The notes beneath the pieces are model-generated. The model was not told the origin of the DNA, made no database searches, and worked only from the letters and a program-made list of their open reading frames with translations. Shown here one piece after another: positions 8,117 to 18,662 of a stretch of 64,000 nt of DNA. A program made the position numbers and the translations under genes. Every line of letters starts with the position of its first letter. Position 1 is the stretch's first letter. This stretch comes from Clostridia bacterium (GTDB lineage Bacteria > Bacillota > Clostridia > Oscillospirales > CAG-272), in NCBI GenBank assembly GCA_017453205.1, contig JAFTKO010000012.1, positions 70,530 to 134,529 of the forward strand. The letters are read 5' to 3'.

Positions 8117-9084
8117 GAACCTTTGGTGGGATTGTTGGTTTTGAAATGCTTTTTTTCGGTGTTTCGATATTCATGTAATTGTTGCGGGAATTGATAGCGT
8201 ATTTTTGCTTTTTGAATCAGCAAATAAGCGCAAACAATCAAAGCATATTCCAACAAAACGGGGAGATACACAAATATAAAGATAAAAAGCGCAATGTTGT
8301 AGTAGGAGGCTTGGGTAACCGTAAACAAAAACAGAATAAAAACAGGTATGAAAACGGCGAATGCTCCCGCCACGGCAAACAAATTTCTTTTTGTTTGATA
8401 GGCGTTGATTGCTTTTTCAAAATCGGGTTCGGGATAGAACGCTCCTTCAAAATACATGGTTTGTTTGGGAAATTCTTTGGTTAGTATATTGTAGATGTGC
8501 TTGGAGGAATATCGATATCCGAGTCCCGCGGGTAAGAGAAATAACAGCAAAAGAATCGCGGTCAACACAAAATAAGGTCCGTACAAATCTATGTTCAGCT
8601 CCAAATCGGGCGCAAGAGCAAACAGAACAGCAACGGCAATACAAAAGAACATTGGTATGGAAGCCGTACAAAGCAACAATACGGTGGCAATGGATTTTCT
8701 TCTCCGATATTGTTTGAATAATTTTTCGGGCGAAAGCGATTGTGCCATGAGTGCATCGGTGATTTCTTTTCGATCTTTAAATTTTCGATCAAGCCTTTTT
8801 CTTTGCACCGCTGCAGAAATGCGGTATGCGATTGCGCAAGCAGTGGAGATGATCAACCCGAGAATGCAAAAGATTGAGCACAGTCCACCCACCGTGTCGC
8901 TTGCATTCAGAACCTCAACAAGGATGGCGGTTATCACGATTAGCAAAATGACAAAGAATGGACAAAGCCATGCAAAAACAGTGGCAAGACGTTTGGCACG
9001 GAGCAGCTTTTGGACGGCGGTTTTCGTGTCAAACGGAGAGGCATGGATGTCATTTTGATCCTTTGTAAAACGGTAGTCGTTCAT
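8113..9084 (-). CDS. hypothetical polytopic membrane protein
   Basis: ATG 9084 (GGGAGG SD 6 nt upstream) preferred over 9162. About 6 hydrophobic spans arranged as three hairpins separated by basic linkers. No family recognised. Confidence 0.6.
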   Translation of the reverse strand: MNDYRFTKDQNDIHASPFDTKTAVQKLLRAKRLATVFAWLCPFFVILLIVITAILVEVLNASDTVGGLCSIFCILGLIISTACAIAYRISAAVQRKRLDRKFKDRKEITDALMAQSLSPEKLFKQYRRRKSIATVLLLCTASIPMFFCIAVAVLFALAPDLELNIDLYGPYFVLTAILLLLFLLPAGLGYRYSSKHIYNILTKEFPKQTMYFEGAFYPEPDFEKAINAYQTKRNLFAVAGAFAVFIPVFILFLFTVTQASYYNIALFIFIFVYLPVLLEYALIVCAYLLIQKAKIRYQFPQQLHEYRNTEKKHFKTNNPTKGS

Positions 9085-9185
9085 ATCTGTCCTCCCAAAG
9101 TAGGAAAAGTAAATCTTCACAGACACTGAAGAAAAGCGGAATAAAAGTATCCATCTTCCCAATGAGCGCAGTAAAAATCAATGCG

Positions 9186-9248
9186 GTGAAAGTTTTTGAA
9201 GGATGGGGTACGGGGAAGGAAGCTTTTTTCAAAAAGCTTCCTTCCCCG
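9186..9248 (-). repeat. intergenic hairpin-plus-tail repeat, copy 2
   Basis: Reverse strand: CGGGGAAGGAAGCTTTTTgaaAAAAGCTTCCTTCCCCG plus tail TACCCCATCCTTCAAAAACTTTCAC. Confidence 0.55.
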
Positions 9249-9279
9249 TAAAAATAAGTCATTCTAACATTATCTAATA

Positions 9280-11100
9280 TTACTGATCGTCATCGAGCTT
9301 GAGAACTGCCATAAAGGCCTCGGGGGAGACTTGGACGGAGCCGAGCTGACGCATTTTCTTTTTGCCTTCCTTTTGCTTTTCAAGGAGCTTCTTTTTACGG
9401 GTGATATCACCGCCGTAGCATTTTGCGAGGACGTCTTTGCGGACGGCTTTGACGGTCTCGCGGGCGATGACCTTGGAGCCGATGGCGGCTTGGATGGGCA
9501 CCTCAAAGAGCTGACGCGGGATGTTGTCCTTCAGCTTTTCGGCAATGCGGCGCGCGCGTCCGTAGGCTTTTTCCTCATGGACGATAAAGGAGAGCGCGTC
9601 GACCTGTTCGCCGTTAAGCAGGAAGTCAAGCTTGACAAGCTTGGAGGGCTCGTAGCCATGGAGCTCGTAGTCCAGCGATGCGTAACCGCGCGAACGGCTC
9701 TTGAGCGCATCGAAAAAGTCGTAGATGATCTCATTGAGCGGCAGATTGTAGTGCAGCTCCACGCGGGTGGGGTCAAGATATTTCATGTCAAGGAACACAC
9801 CGCGGCGGTTTTGGCAAAGCTCCATCAGTCCACCCACGTATTCCACAGGCGTGATAATGTTTGCTTTGACAAGCGGCTCGTAAGCCACATCAATGGTGTC
9901 GGGCGCGGGATAGTTGGAGGGGTTGTCGATGCGCACCTTCTCGCCGTTTTTGAGCTTGATTTCGTAAATCACGCTGGGCGCGGTGGTGATGAGATCGAGG
10001 TTAAACTCACGCTCTAAGCGTTCTTCAATGATCTCCATGTGGAGAAGTCCGAGAAAGCCGCAACGGAAGCCAAAGCCCAGCGCAATCGAGGTCTCGGGTT
10101 CAAACAGAAGCGCCGCATCGTTGAGCTGTAGCTTTTCCAGCGCCTCACGCAGATCTTGATAGCGCGCACCGTCGGCGGGATAGATGCCCGCGTAGACCAT
10201 GGGCTGTACGGCTTTAAAGCCGGGGAGCGCCTCTGCGGTGGGATTTGCCACCAACGTTACAGTATCGCCCACACGTGTATCGCTGACACTCTTGATGGAC
10301 GCCGTGATATAGCCGACCTCACCGGCGGACAGGCGGTCGCATTTTTTCAGTCCAAAGGGTTCCATTGTGCCCACGTCAACCACATCAAAGGTGGCGCCCG
10401 TGCTCATCAGCTGAATTTTGTCTCCGCTCTTGACCGAGCCATCCATTACACGGATGTTGACAACGACACCGAGATAACTGTCATAGTAGGAATCAAAGAT
10501 CAAAGCCTTGAGCGGTGCGTTCTCATCCCCCTCGGGAGCGGGAATATCGCGTACCACGGCTTCAAGCACGTCGTGGATATTCTGCCCCGTTTTTGCCGAG
10601 ACGGCGGGGCAGTCCTCGGCGGGAATCCCGATCACATCCTCGATCTCGGCACGGCAACGGTCGATGTCGGCGGAGGGAAGATCGATCTTGTTGATGACGG
10701 GAATGATCTCGAGGTTGGCGTCCACCGCAAGGTAGGCGTTGGCAAGCGTTTGCGCCTCGATGCCCTGTGTGGCATCCACAACCAAAAGCGCCCCGTCGCA
10801 AGCATTGAGTGAACGCGACACCTCATAGTTGAAGTCGACGTGACCGGGCGTGTCGATGAGATTAAAGGTGTAAAGCTCACCGTTGTCAGCTTGATAGTCC
10901 AGCTTGACCGCGCGTGCCTTGATGGTGATGCCGCGCTCGCGCTCGAGGTCCATGTTGTCAAGGATCTGTTCCTCCATGTCGCGTTTGGCAACAGTTTGCG
11001 TTTGCTCCAAAATGCGGTCGGCAAGCGTGGACTTGCCGTGGTCGATGTGAGCAATGATCGAAAAATTGCGAATATGATTTTGACGTTCGGATTTTTGCAC
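9280..11100 (-). CDS. lepA: translation elongation factor 4
   Basis: [37 protein letters not shown], and a C-terminal LepA-specific domain. 606 aa. Confidence 0.97.
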   Translation of the reverse strand: MQKSERQNHIRNFSIIAHIDHGKSTLADRILEQTQTVAKRDMEEQILDNMDLERERGITIKARAVKLDYQADNGELYTFNLIDTPGHVDFNYEVSRSLNACDGALLVVDATQGIEAQTLANAYLAVDANLEIIPVINKIDLPSADIDRCRAEIEDVIGIPAEDCPAVSAKTGQNIHDVLEAVVRDIPAPEGDENAPLKALIFDSYYDSYLGVVVNIRVMDGSVKSGDKIQLMSTGATFDVVDVGTMEPFGLKKCDRLSAGEVGYITASIKSVSDTRVGDTVTLVANPTAEALPGFKAVQPMVYAGIYPADGARYQDLREALEKLQLNDAALLFEPETSIALGFGFRCGFLGLLHMEIIEERLEREFNLDLITTAPSVIYEIKLKNGEKVRIDNPSNYPAPDTIDVAYEPLVKANIITPVEYVGGLMELCQNRRGVFLDMKYLDPTRVELHYNLPLNEIIYDFFDALKSRSRGYASLDYELHGYEPSKLVKLDFLLNGEQVDALSFIVHEEKAYGRARRIAEKLKDNIPRQLFEVPIQAAIGSKVIARETVKAVRKDVLAKCYGGDITRKKKLLEKQKEGKKKMRQLGSVQVSPEAFMAVLKLDDDQ

Positions 11101-11366
11101 GTGTTTGACCGTACCTTTCCTTACAATATAGAATGATCACTTAATTATACAATAAAAATCGCGCCGTGACAAGGGTTTTGCAATATTTTTCTTCAAAATT
11201 TAATAAAATAGAATTTGAATAGCAATATTTGTCTCAAAAAAAGCAACAGGTATCTTGAAAAAAGAACAAAAATGTTTTATACTGTATATGGACGGATATT
11301 TCCGAGACGAAAAAGTTGAAAAACGAAAAAAGTTTCCAACGGGAACACACGGAAAGGATTTGTATC

Positions 11367-12413
11367 ATGAAAAAAATGAGAACGGCAGTGGTAGGCTACG
11401 GCGGCATGGGCGGCTGGCACGTGGAGCATCTTTTAAAGAGCGACGTTTGCGAGCTTGCCGGTGTATATGATATCCGCAAAGAGCGAAACGAGCTGGCAGA
11501 GAGCCGCGGCATTCACGCGTATGCTTCTTACCGCGAGCTTTTGAGGGACGAAACGGTCGAGCTGATCACGGTGGCAATCCCCAACGACAGCCATGAGCAG
11601 GTCGTGATCGAGGCTTTGAACGCGGGCAAAAACGTCATTTGCGAAAAACCCGTGACCATGACACTGGAGTCTTTGGACCGCATGATCGCGGCGGCAGAGG
11701 CAAACGGCGTGCATTTTTCCACCCACCAAAACCGTCGTTGGGACGTGGACTTCCTTGCCATGAAGCAGATCCACGACTCGGGCGAGATCGGCAATGTCAT
11801 CAACATTGAGTCCCGTGTACACGGCAGCCGTGGCATTCCCTCCGACTGGAGAGGAGAAAAGTCGCACGGCGGCGGTATGATGTATGATTGGGGCATTCAT
11901 CTGATCGACCAAATTTTGATGATCTTTGGTTGGGATGTCAAGAGTGTTTACTGTGTTTGCGACCATATCACCAACCAAGAGGTGGACGACGGTTTCCGTT
12001 TGGAAATGATCTTTCGGAACGGACAGCGTGCGCACGTAGAGCTTGGCACCTACAACTTTATTGCCATGCCGCGTTTCTATATGCGCGCCGAAAAGGGCAC
12101 TGCGCTCATCACCGACTGGCGCGAGGAGGCGTTGGTTGTCAAGTGCAAGCACTGGCATGAAAACGATGTGCTTCCCGTCAAGACCGCGGCTGGTTTGACC
12201 AAGACCATGGCGCCGCGAGACGAGGTGACCACCGATACTTATCGTGTGCCGCGTCCTTCGTCGGATGTTCACGACTATTACCGTCATTTCGTTGCTGCCA
12301 TCCGTGGCGAGCGCGAGCAGGACGTGACCTACGACCAAATGCGTACCGACCTCAAAATCATTCTTGCCGCTTTCGAGTCCGCCGAAACGGGCTTGCCGGT
12401 GGAGATCAAATAA
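11367..12413 (+). CDS. Gfo/Idh/MocA family NAD(P)-dependent oxidoreductase
   Basis: Start moved to ATG 11367 (AAAGGA SD). MKKMRTAVVGYGGMGGWH Rossmann N-terminus and EKPVTMT block. Promoter-like TTGAAA-17-TATACT at 11255-11283. Confidence 0.8.
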   Translation: MKKMRTAVVGYGGMGGWHVEHLLKSDVCELAGVYDIRKERNELAESRGIHAYASYRELLRDETVELITVAIPNDSHEQVVIEALNAGKNVICEKPVTMTLESLDRMIAAAEANGVHFSTHQNRRWDVDFLAMKQIHDSGEIGNVINIESRVHGSRGIPSDWRGEKSHGGGMMYDWGIHLIDQILMIFGWDVKSVYCVCDHITNQEVDDGFRLEMIFRNGQRAHVELGTYNFIAMPRFYMRAEKGTALITDWREEALVVKCKHWHENDVLPVKTAAGLTKTMAPRDEVTTDTYRVPRPSSDVHDYYRHFVAAIRGEREQDVTYDQMRTDLKIILAAFESAETGLPVEIK

Positions 12414-12423
12414 TTGAATTATT

Positions 12424-12474
12424 CATGGAGGGGGTTTTTGCAAAAGCACCCTCCATGAAGCTTTCCCGTAAAAT
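12424..12474 (+). repeat. intergenic hairpin-plus-tail repeat, copy 3
   Basis: CATGGAGGGggtttttgcaaaagcaCCCTCCATG plus tail AAGCTTTCCCGTAAAAT. Confidence 0.45.
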
Positions 12475-12591
12475 CTTGAAAAAAGGGGACGGGATTTTTC
12501 GACTGCACATATCTTGACAATTCCACTTTTACTTGATTGGAATGAAATCAATCCCGCCGCAAGGTTTTGTCTGCTTTGCGGCGGGATATCA

Positions 12592-13320
12592 TTATTTGGA
12601 AATGATGTCAAACACGATCTCGCGTGCCATGATCAGCCCTGCCGCCGAGGGAACGAACGGGAGGGAGCCCGGGGCAAGCTTTTTGCTGTTTTGGTCGATC
12701 GGTTCCAAGGGCGCGTCGGCGGGGCGGGGAGCCGTCGGCTCGGAGGAAAAGACCACCTTGAGGTGTCGGAGCCCGCGGGACTTCAATTCTCTGCGCATCA
12801 CGCGTGCCAACGGACAGCCCTCGGTCTTAAAAAGATCGGTCACGGCAAAGCGGGTGGGATCGGTACGGTTTCCCGCGCCCATGGCGGCAATCATGGGGAT
12901 TCCCGCTTGCTCGGCTCTTACGGCAAGCTCGATCTTTGCCGACACCGTGTCAATGGCGTCTGCAATGTAGGTGTAGCCGCCCAGCGGATAGTCATCGGCA
13001 TTTTGCGGCAGATAAAAGGTTTGATGGGCGCGGACACGGCAACCGGGATTGATATCGAGGATCCGTTCTTTCATGACCTCGACCTTTGGTTTTCCGACTG
13101 TGGAATGTAATGCCACGATTTGACGGTTGATGTTGGAGAGCGAGACGGTGTCGTTATCAAAGAGATCGATGGCTCCCACGCCTGCGCGTGCCAATGCCTC
13201 ACAAAGATGTCCGCCGACGCCGCCGACGCCAAACACCGCAACGTGTGCGCTTTTGAGTTTTTCCATTGCCGCGTCTCCCAGCATCATCGCCGTGCGGATC
13301 TGTTCTTCTTTGCATTCCAT
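12592..13320 (-). CDS. tcdA: tRNA threonylcarbamoyladenosine dehydratase (ThiF/E1-like)
   Basis: VAVFGVGGVGGHLCEALARAGVGAIDLFDNDTVSLSNINRQ and PMIAAMGAGNRTDPTRF. Confidence 0.85.
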   Translation of the reverse strand: MECKEEQIRTAMMLGDAAMEKLKSAHVAVFGVGGVGGHLCEALARAGVGAIDLFDNDTVSLSNINRQIVALHSTVGKPKVEVMKERILDINPGCRVRAHQTFYLPQNADDYPLGGYTYIADAIDTVSAKIELAVRAEQAGIPMIAAMGAGNRTDPTRFAVTDLFKTEGCPLARVMRRELKSRGLRHLKVVFSSEPTAPRPADAPLEPIDQNSKKLAPGSLPFVPSAAGLIMAREIVFDIISK

Positions 13321-13430
13321 GGGTTGTTGTCCTTTCTTGACGGTAGAGTTTTTTTCATTTCCGTCTTTACAAATCGTTTTAAATGCTGTATAATATATAA
13401 AGTATTGTCCTTTGGAAAGGAAATTTTAAC

Positions 13431-14006
13431 ATGTGTAATTTGAATGATAAGGCTTTGGAGGAGCGCTGTGTTTCCTCCGAATTGATTTATGACGGTAAGG
13501 TTGTGCATTTGTATGTCGACCGTATCGCACTGCCCAACGGGGCGCCGTCGATCCGTGAATATGTCCGCCACATCGGCGCGGTTGCGGTACTTCCGCTGAC
13601 TGCCGATGGCGAGGTCATTTGTGTGCGGCAGTATCGCTATGCGCACGGGTGTGTGATGACCGAGATTCCCGCGGGTAAGCTCGACAGCCGCGAGGAGGAT
13701 CACATAGAGGCCGCTCTGCGTGAACTGCGCGAGGAAACGGGTGCCCGTTGCGGAAAGCTGACCTACCTCGGGCTTTATCGCTCCACGCCCGCTATTTTGG
13801 ATGAGAAGATCGACCTTTATCTTGCCGAGGAGCTGACCTTTGGTGAGACCGATCCCGATGAAGACGAGTTTTTGGAGATCGTTCGTCTGCCACTGGAGAG
13901 CTTGGTCGATCAAGTGATGGCGGGGGAGATCACCGACGGAAAAACACAGGTCGCCGTTCTCAAAGCCGCGGAGATCCTGCGTCGCCGCACACATGCAAAA
14001 GACTGA
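13431..14006 (+). CDS. nudF: ADP-ribose pyrophosphatase (Nudix hydrolase)
   Basis: Nudix box GKLDSREEDHIEAALRELREETG. N-terminal YDGKVVHLYVDRIALPNG is typical of ADPRase. Confidence 0.78.
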   Translation: MCNLNDKALEERCVSSELIYDGKVVHLYVDRIALPNGAPSIREYVRHIGAVAVLPLTADGEVICVRQYRYAHGCVMTEIPAGKLDSREEDHIEAALRELREETGARCGKLTYLGLYRSTPAILDEKIDLYLAEELTFGETDPDEDEFLEIVRLPLESLVDQVMAGEITDGKTQVAVLKAAEILRRRTHAKD

Positions 14007-14021
14007 CAAAAGGAGCGCATC

Positions 14022-14525
14022 ATGACCAAACGAAATGTAATGATAACAATCAAGACCTCCCGATTGCTGATTGCGGAATGTCTGTTCGATGAGAACGCGG
14101 AATACAACGAGGAGTCCGTGAATCTTCACAACGGGGAATTACCCGAGTCGGAGGAGATGCTGGTAGAGGGGCGTCTGGTAACCAACGGCGAACGCGTGGA
14201 GCTGTTGTACGAGGAAAGCGAGATCAGTGGGATGCAAGGTTCGGTAACTACCATTGGGTTCGAGCGCAATACGCCGGGGTTGATCTCGATGAACCGCACG
14301 GGCACGGTGCTCACCTCACTCGTTTTTGAGGAGGGCAAGCGCCATTTCAGCGTTTATGATACCATTTTCAGTAGCTTTCAAGTGTGTGTCCGCACCTTGC
14401 ATGTCGAAAATAAACTGCTTACCGAGGGGAAGATCGACATTGAATATCTGATCGAGATCCATGGTGCGCAAGCCGAGCGTTGTAAAATGAATATCCTTGT
14501 TTGCGACGCGAAAGAGCTGTTTTAA
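14022..14525 (+). CDS. DUF1934 domain protein (YwiB-like beta-barrel)
   Basis: AAGGAG SD. Pattern VEGRLVTNGERVELLYEESEISGMQGSVTTIGFE resembles DUF1934 proteins; from memory. Confidence 0.62.
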   Translation: MTKRNVMITIKTSRLLIAECLFDENAEYNEESVNLHNGELPESEEMLVEGRLVTNGERVELLYEESEISGMQGSVTTIGFERNTPGLISMNRTGTVLTSLVFEEGKRHFSVYDTIFSSFQVCVRTLHVENKLLTEGKIDIEYLIEIHGAQAERCKMNILVCDAKELF

Positions 14526-15436
14526 CGCTTTTGTCGAAATGGGAGCTGAGCCAGTACGATCCCGCAAAAAACAAGCGCACAGCCTAAAACTTCGCGTCCC
14601 GACAGGCGGTTTCCCGAAATCAGCCAACCGCCGAGCGCGGCAAATACGCTTTCCAAGCTCATGGAGAGCGACGCGACCGTCGGTTCGGCAAATCTTTGAC
14701 CGATGATTTGCAACGTGTAGGCGATTCCGCTGGAAAAGATACCGAGATAAAGAATTTGCGGTGACGCGGCAAGCACATTTTGCCAAACGGCATCCTCAAA
14801 TATCAGTGAGAGGATTGCGGAAAGCACTCCGCAAACAACAAACTGCCAAAACGAGAGTGTCACACCTCCCACCGTGTCGACATAGCGGTCGATGACGAGA
14901 ATGTGGAGAGAAAAACTGACGGCGCAAAGAAAGATGAGCAGGTCGCCAAGGTAGATCCCTCCCACACCGTCCGAAAAACAGAGGAACCAAATACCGCCCA
15001 TGGCAAGCGCCACAGCACCCAGGAGCGGGAGCCCGATCCGCTTGCCGAGAAAGACCGAGATCAGCGGTACCAAAATGACATACAGCGCGGTCAAAAATCC
15101 CGCGCGCGCCTCGGCAGCAACACCGTCGGGATAATAGGAAATTCCAAATTGTTGCAGATTGACGCTGACCGTCAAAAGCAGACCGCAAAGTCCACCGCCG
15201 ATCAGCGTTTTTTTGCGTTGTTCGGTGTCTTTCGGAAAGAGTGGTCGGTGCGTTTTGCGGTTGCGGAATAAGATCAGTATGAAAAGAAAGAGCGCCCCGA
15301 TCAAGGCACGGAGGCTGTTGAACAACAGCGGCGGAACTTTGTCCGCGGCGTCACTCTGTGCCACAAACGCCAAGCCCCAAATCAATGAGGCAAGACAGAG
15401 GATCAAACTGCCTTTGAGGTTGCGAAATCGGTTCAT
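14522..15436 (-). CDS. DMT-superfamily (EamA) transporter
   Basis: 304 aa, about 10 TM segments, two EamA-like halves. Confidence 0.8.
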   Translation of the reverse strand: MNRFRNLKGSLILCLASLIWGLAFVAQSDAADKVPPLLFNSLRALIGALFLFILILFRNRKTHRPLFPKDTEQRKKTLIGGGLCGLLLTVSVNLQQFGISYYPDGVAAEARAGFLTALYVILVPLISVFLGKRIGLPLLGAVALAMGGIWFLCFSDGVGGIYLGDLLIFLCAVSFSLHILVIDRYVDTVGGVTLSFWQFVVCGVLSAILSLIFEDAVWQNVLAASPQILYLGIFSSGIAYTLQIIGQRFAEPTVASLSMSLESVFAALGGWLISGNRLSGREVLGCALVFCGIVLAQLPFRQKR

Positions 15437-15600
15437 GTGTCAAAATCCTTTGCAAATGTGTTGATATAAGTATACCATATTTTGCGGGCGATTGCAAGAC
15501 GGTTTGCCGTAGTTTTTCTTTGAAAAAACATTATTGTATTGACTTTTTCCGTTAATCATGATATAATTTCAAATAGAAATCATGCAAAGGATTTGTGCAA

Positions 15601-16590
15601 ATGAAAAAATGTTCTGTTATCGTTCCGCTTTATAAGGGCAAGGAGTATATCGAAGCGTGTATTGCCGGTATTGTAGCGCAAACTTACACCGATTGGGAAT
15701 TGATCTTGATGGATGACGGTTCTCCGGATGATACCTATGATTTTGTAGCGAATGTGATCAGCCGATATCCGAATTGCGATATGCAGCTGTTCCGAAGGGA
15801 AAACCGCGGGGTTGCCGAAACGAGAAATGAGTGCATCACACTTGCAAGCGGAGAATATATCGCTTTTATGGATCAAGATGATATCCTTGCACCGGACTAT
15901 CTCGAACGCCTCATGGGGGCTACGAAAGACGGGGAGCTTGATATCGTGCTTTGCGGCTATAAACGCCAACGAGATGACGGAAAAGTGTTGTTAAATGTGA
16001 CGCTCGTCAATGATACGTGGTCTAAATACCGTGTTACCGCACCTTGGGCAAGAGTTTATAAAAAATCATTTTTGCAGAAAAATAACCTCAAATATTTGAC
16101 CACGCCCTGTGGCGAGGATATTTATTTAACGCTCCGTGCCTATGCCCTAACCAATAGAATCGCGGTGGTCGAGGATTACGCGGGGTATATTTGGCGCTAT
16201 AATGCATCCTCGGTCTCCAATACCAAGCAAAGGTCGGTTATGATTGCTGATGCCGCTTGTGAGACCTTTGAAAAAATTATGGCATCCCTTCCTAAAACGC
16301 ACTTCTGCAAAGCAGAGGATGAGGAATATTTCTTTATCCGTTCCTGCATTTTCTACCTCTTATTTTCATCTCATTCCGAAAATTCCTCGCAGGTGGAATA
16401 CGCTTACAACCGTTATTTTTCTTTCTTGGAAACGTATTTTCCCAACTATATCAAGAACAAACAGATCAGCCTTTTTCGTCCGCGCAGTGAGAGCTTTTCG
16501 GTCCGGTGTGCGGTGTGGGGCTTTATCACGCTCAAAAAAATAGGGCTTGCCAAACCTTTTGCCAAGCTTTGGAGCAAGTTGGCAAAATAA
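15601..16590 (+). CDS. glycosyltransferase family 2
   Basis: MKKCSVIVPLYKGKEYIEACIAGIVAQTYTDWELILMDDGSPDDT and FMDQDD (DxD). ATG 15601 or 15595. Promoter-like TTGACT-17-TATAAT upstream. Confidence 0.82.
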   Translation: MKKCSVIVPLYKGKEYIEACIAGIVAQTYTDWELILMDDGSPDDTYDFVANVISRYPNCDMQLFRRENRGVAETRNECITLASGEYIAFMDQDDILAPDYLERLMGATKDGELDIVLCGYKRQRDDGKVLLNVTLVNDTWSKYRVTAPWARVYKKSFLQKNNLKYLTTPCGEDIYLTLRAYALTNRIAVVEDYAGYIWRYNASSVSNTKQRSVMIADAACETFEKIMASLPKTHFCKAEDEEYFFIRSCIFYLLFSSHSENSSQVEYAYNRYFSFLETYFPNYIKNKQISLFRPRSESFSVRCAVWGFITLKKIGLAKPFAKLWSKLAK

Positions 16591-16596
16591 AACTGT

Positions 16597-16636
16597 AAAA
16601 AAGACAGGTGATTGTTGATCTTCTGTCTTTTTTTTC
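16597..16636 (+). terminator. rho-independent terminator after GT2
   Basis: AAAAAAGACAG...CTGTCTTTTTTTTT. Confidence 0.6.
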
Positions 16637-16761
16637 GAGTTTTCATCGCTTTTTATACAAATTTTGTGTTTTCTCAAATATTGTTCACAAAAAAGCCTTG
16701 CAGGGGCTTTCTTTTTATGCTATACTGATAATGAAGTACGCGAAAGGGGAGGAGAACTTAT

Positions 16762-18261
16762 TTGAAACAGAAAGACTTGACCGAGCGAGAGCAACGCCGC
16801 CGCACGATATTGTGGAGTGTGTTGTTTGGTGTCATCTTTGTTTTGGGTGTGGCGATGGCAGTCGTTTGCGGATGGTATCGTGTGACCTACAATTTGGAAT
16901 TTAAAGAGTTGCTCTACACGTTGGCATCTCCGCTCAAGGGAACAGGGGAAAGCACCATATCGCTGATCTTGCGCTCCTGCTTGCCTGTTGTGTTGGTGTT
17001 CGCGGCACTCTATATCGGGGGTGCGGTCTTACTTTGGAAAAAACGCGAGACTTGGCGTTACGCACGGCGTATCGGTGCGGTGTTTTGTGTGGCGGTGCTG
17101 TTGGGTGCTTCCGTGTTTTCGGTGTTCGCTTTGCGGTTGCCCGCGTATATCAAAGTGCTTAACGAAAAAACAACTGTTTATGAGGACTACTATGTCGATC
17201 CCGCAACGGTGAGTATTACTGCCGATGGCGAGATGAAAAATCTCATCTATATTTATTTGGAAAGTATGGAAACCACCTATGCCTCGGTAGAGGAGGGCGG
17301 TGCACAGTACACCAATTATATGCCCGCCTTAACGGCGCTTGCCGAGGAGAACATTTCGTTTTCGGACAAATCGGACGGCCTTGGCGGCTTTCATACACCC
17401 CTTGGGACGGGGTGGACGATGAGCGCGTTGCTTGCCACCACATCGGGCATTCCGTTCTCGTTTCCGCTTGGGGAGAACGGGCACAACAAGATGAGCCAGC
17501 GGGAGTATTTTGCCTCGGGACTGACGACGTTGGGGGATATTCTTGCCGAAAAGGGCTACCGCCAGGAATTTTTGTGCGGTTCGGACAGCGCCTTTGCGGG
17601 GCGTGACACTTATTTTGAACAGCATGGGAATTATGAGGTCTTTGATCTGTACACCGCACGCGAGGAGTATTACATTGACGAGGACTACTATGTTTGGTGG
17701 GGCTTTGAAGATGAGATTTTGTATGACATTGCAAAAGATGAACTGACTGAGCTTGCGGCGGGGGAACGCCCCTTTAATTTTACGATGCTGACAGTAGACA
17801 CGCACCATGTGAATGGTTATGTTTGTGACCTTTGCGGCAATGCTTACGGCAATAAATTGGCGAATGTGGTTTCTTGTGCGGACAAGCAGCTTGCCGATTT
17901 TATTGACTGGTGTACCGAGCAGGATTTTTACGAGGACACGGTCATCATCATTACGGGAGATCACCCGCGTATGGACACGACCTTGGTTGCCGATACCGAT
18001 TACTACGACCGTACCATTTACAACTGTTTTATCAACGCGGTTCCCACACCTGCGGGCGCGACTACCGAGCGTGTGTTTACCAGCTTTGATCTTTTTCCAA
18101 CCACGCTCGCGGCAATGGGCTTTACCATCGAGGGTGACCGATTGGGGCTTGGTGTGAATATGTTCTCAGATCAGCAAACGCTTGCCGAAAAATTGGGGTA
18201 TGAGTATCTTGAGACCGAGATCAATAAGTTTTCGGATTATTACATTCGAGAGTTTTCGTGA
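16762..18261 (+). CDS. LTA-synthase / phosphoglycerol-transferase family (sulfatase-fold) membrane protein
   Basis: TTG start with GGGGAGGAG SD. Three N-terminal TM segments, then a sulfatase-like domain (FNFTMLTVDTHH, IIITGDHPRMD). Confidence 0.8.
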   Translation: MKQKDLTEREQRRRTILWSVLFGVIFVLGVAMAVVCGWYRVTYNLEFKELLYTLASPLKGTGESTISLILRSCLPVVLVFAALYIGGAVLLWKKRETWRYARRIGAVFCVAVLLGASVFSVFALRLPAYIKVLNEKTTVYEDYYVDPATVSITADGEMKNLIYIYLESMETTYASVEEGGAQYTNYMPALTALAEENISFSDKSDGLGGFHTPLGTGWTMSALLATTSGIPFSFPLGENGHNKMSQREYFASGLTTLGDILAEKGYRQEFLCGSDSAFAGRDTYFEQHGNYEVFDLYTAREEYYIDEDYYVWWGFEDEILYDIAKDELTELAAGERPFNFTMLTVDTHHVNGYVCDLCGNAYGNKLANVVSCADKQLADFIDWCTEQDFYEDTVIIITGDHPRMDTTLVADTDYYDRTIYNCFINAVPTPAGATTERVFTSFDLFPTTLAAMGFTIEGDRLGLGVNMFSDQQTLAEKLGYEYLETEINKFSDYYIREFS

Positions 18262-18308
18262 GCGATTCACAAAAGGGGCTATCTTTATCAAGCATCATCT
18301 GCTCCAAC

Positions 18309-18336
18309 AAAAAAACGCCCCTATAGGCGTTTTTTT
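18309..18336. terminator. bidirectional terminator
   Basis: AAAAAAACGCC-cctata-GGCGTTTTTTT. Confidence 0.6.
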
Positions 18337-18420
18337 GGTACGGATGTTCAGTCCGCCATCGGTCACTGAACAAAAAAAGTAGCAGTGACAGTCCCCGATT
18401 TTTGGGACCGGCACTGCCGG

Positions 18421-18494
18421 TGGAGCAGATGACGGGAATCGAACCCGCGTATTCGGCTTGGGAAGCGGACACTCTGCCATTGAGTTACATCTGC
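18421..18494 (-). tRNA. tRNA-Gly (anticodon CCC), CCA encoded
   Basis: Reverse strand: GCAGATG TA ACTC AATGGCA GAGT G TCCGC TTCCCAA GCCGA ATAC GCGGG TTCGATT CCCGT CATCTGC TCCA. Cloverleaf drawn by hand. Anticodon at 18460-18462. One C-C mismatch in the anticodon stem. Confidence 0.85.
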
Positions 18495-18596
18495 AAATAT
18501 ATAGCGTTCCCAAAGGAACATTAATATTATAATACAAAAATCGTTCCGTGTCAAGATGTCATCCGAAATTTTTCAAAAAAATCATTTCGACATTTT

Positions 18597-18649
18597 GCAG
18601 GAAAGCTTTTGGAGGAGGGGAGGAACGCTTTTTTGCAAAGGTTCCTCCC
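18597..18649 (-). repeat. intergenic hairpin-plus-tail repeat, copy 4
   Basis: Reverse strand: GGGAGGAACctttgcaaaaaagcGTTCCTCCC plus tail CTCCTCCAAAAGCTTTCCTGC(AAAAT). Confidence 0.5.
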
Positions 18650-18662
18650 GCAAAAAATATTT

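Noticed and set aside
15437-15600. Identical 12-mer TGCAAAGGATTT in the translation-initiation regions of the divergent EamA and GT2 genes
   Set aside because: The same AAAGGATT(T/G) context recurs at several other starts (11350s, 2795s, 58520s). It reflects the preferred SD context of this genome rather than a shared regulatory site.
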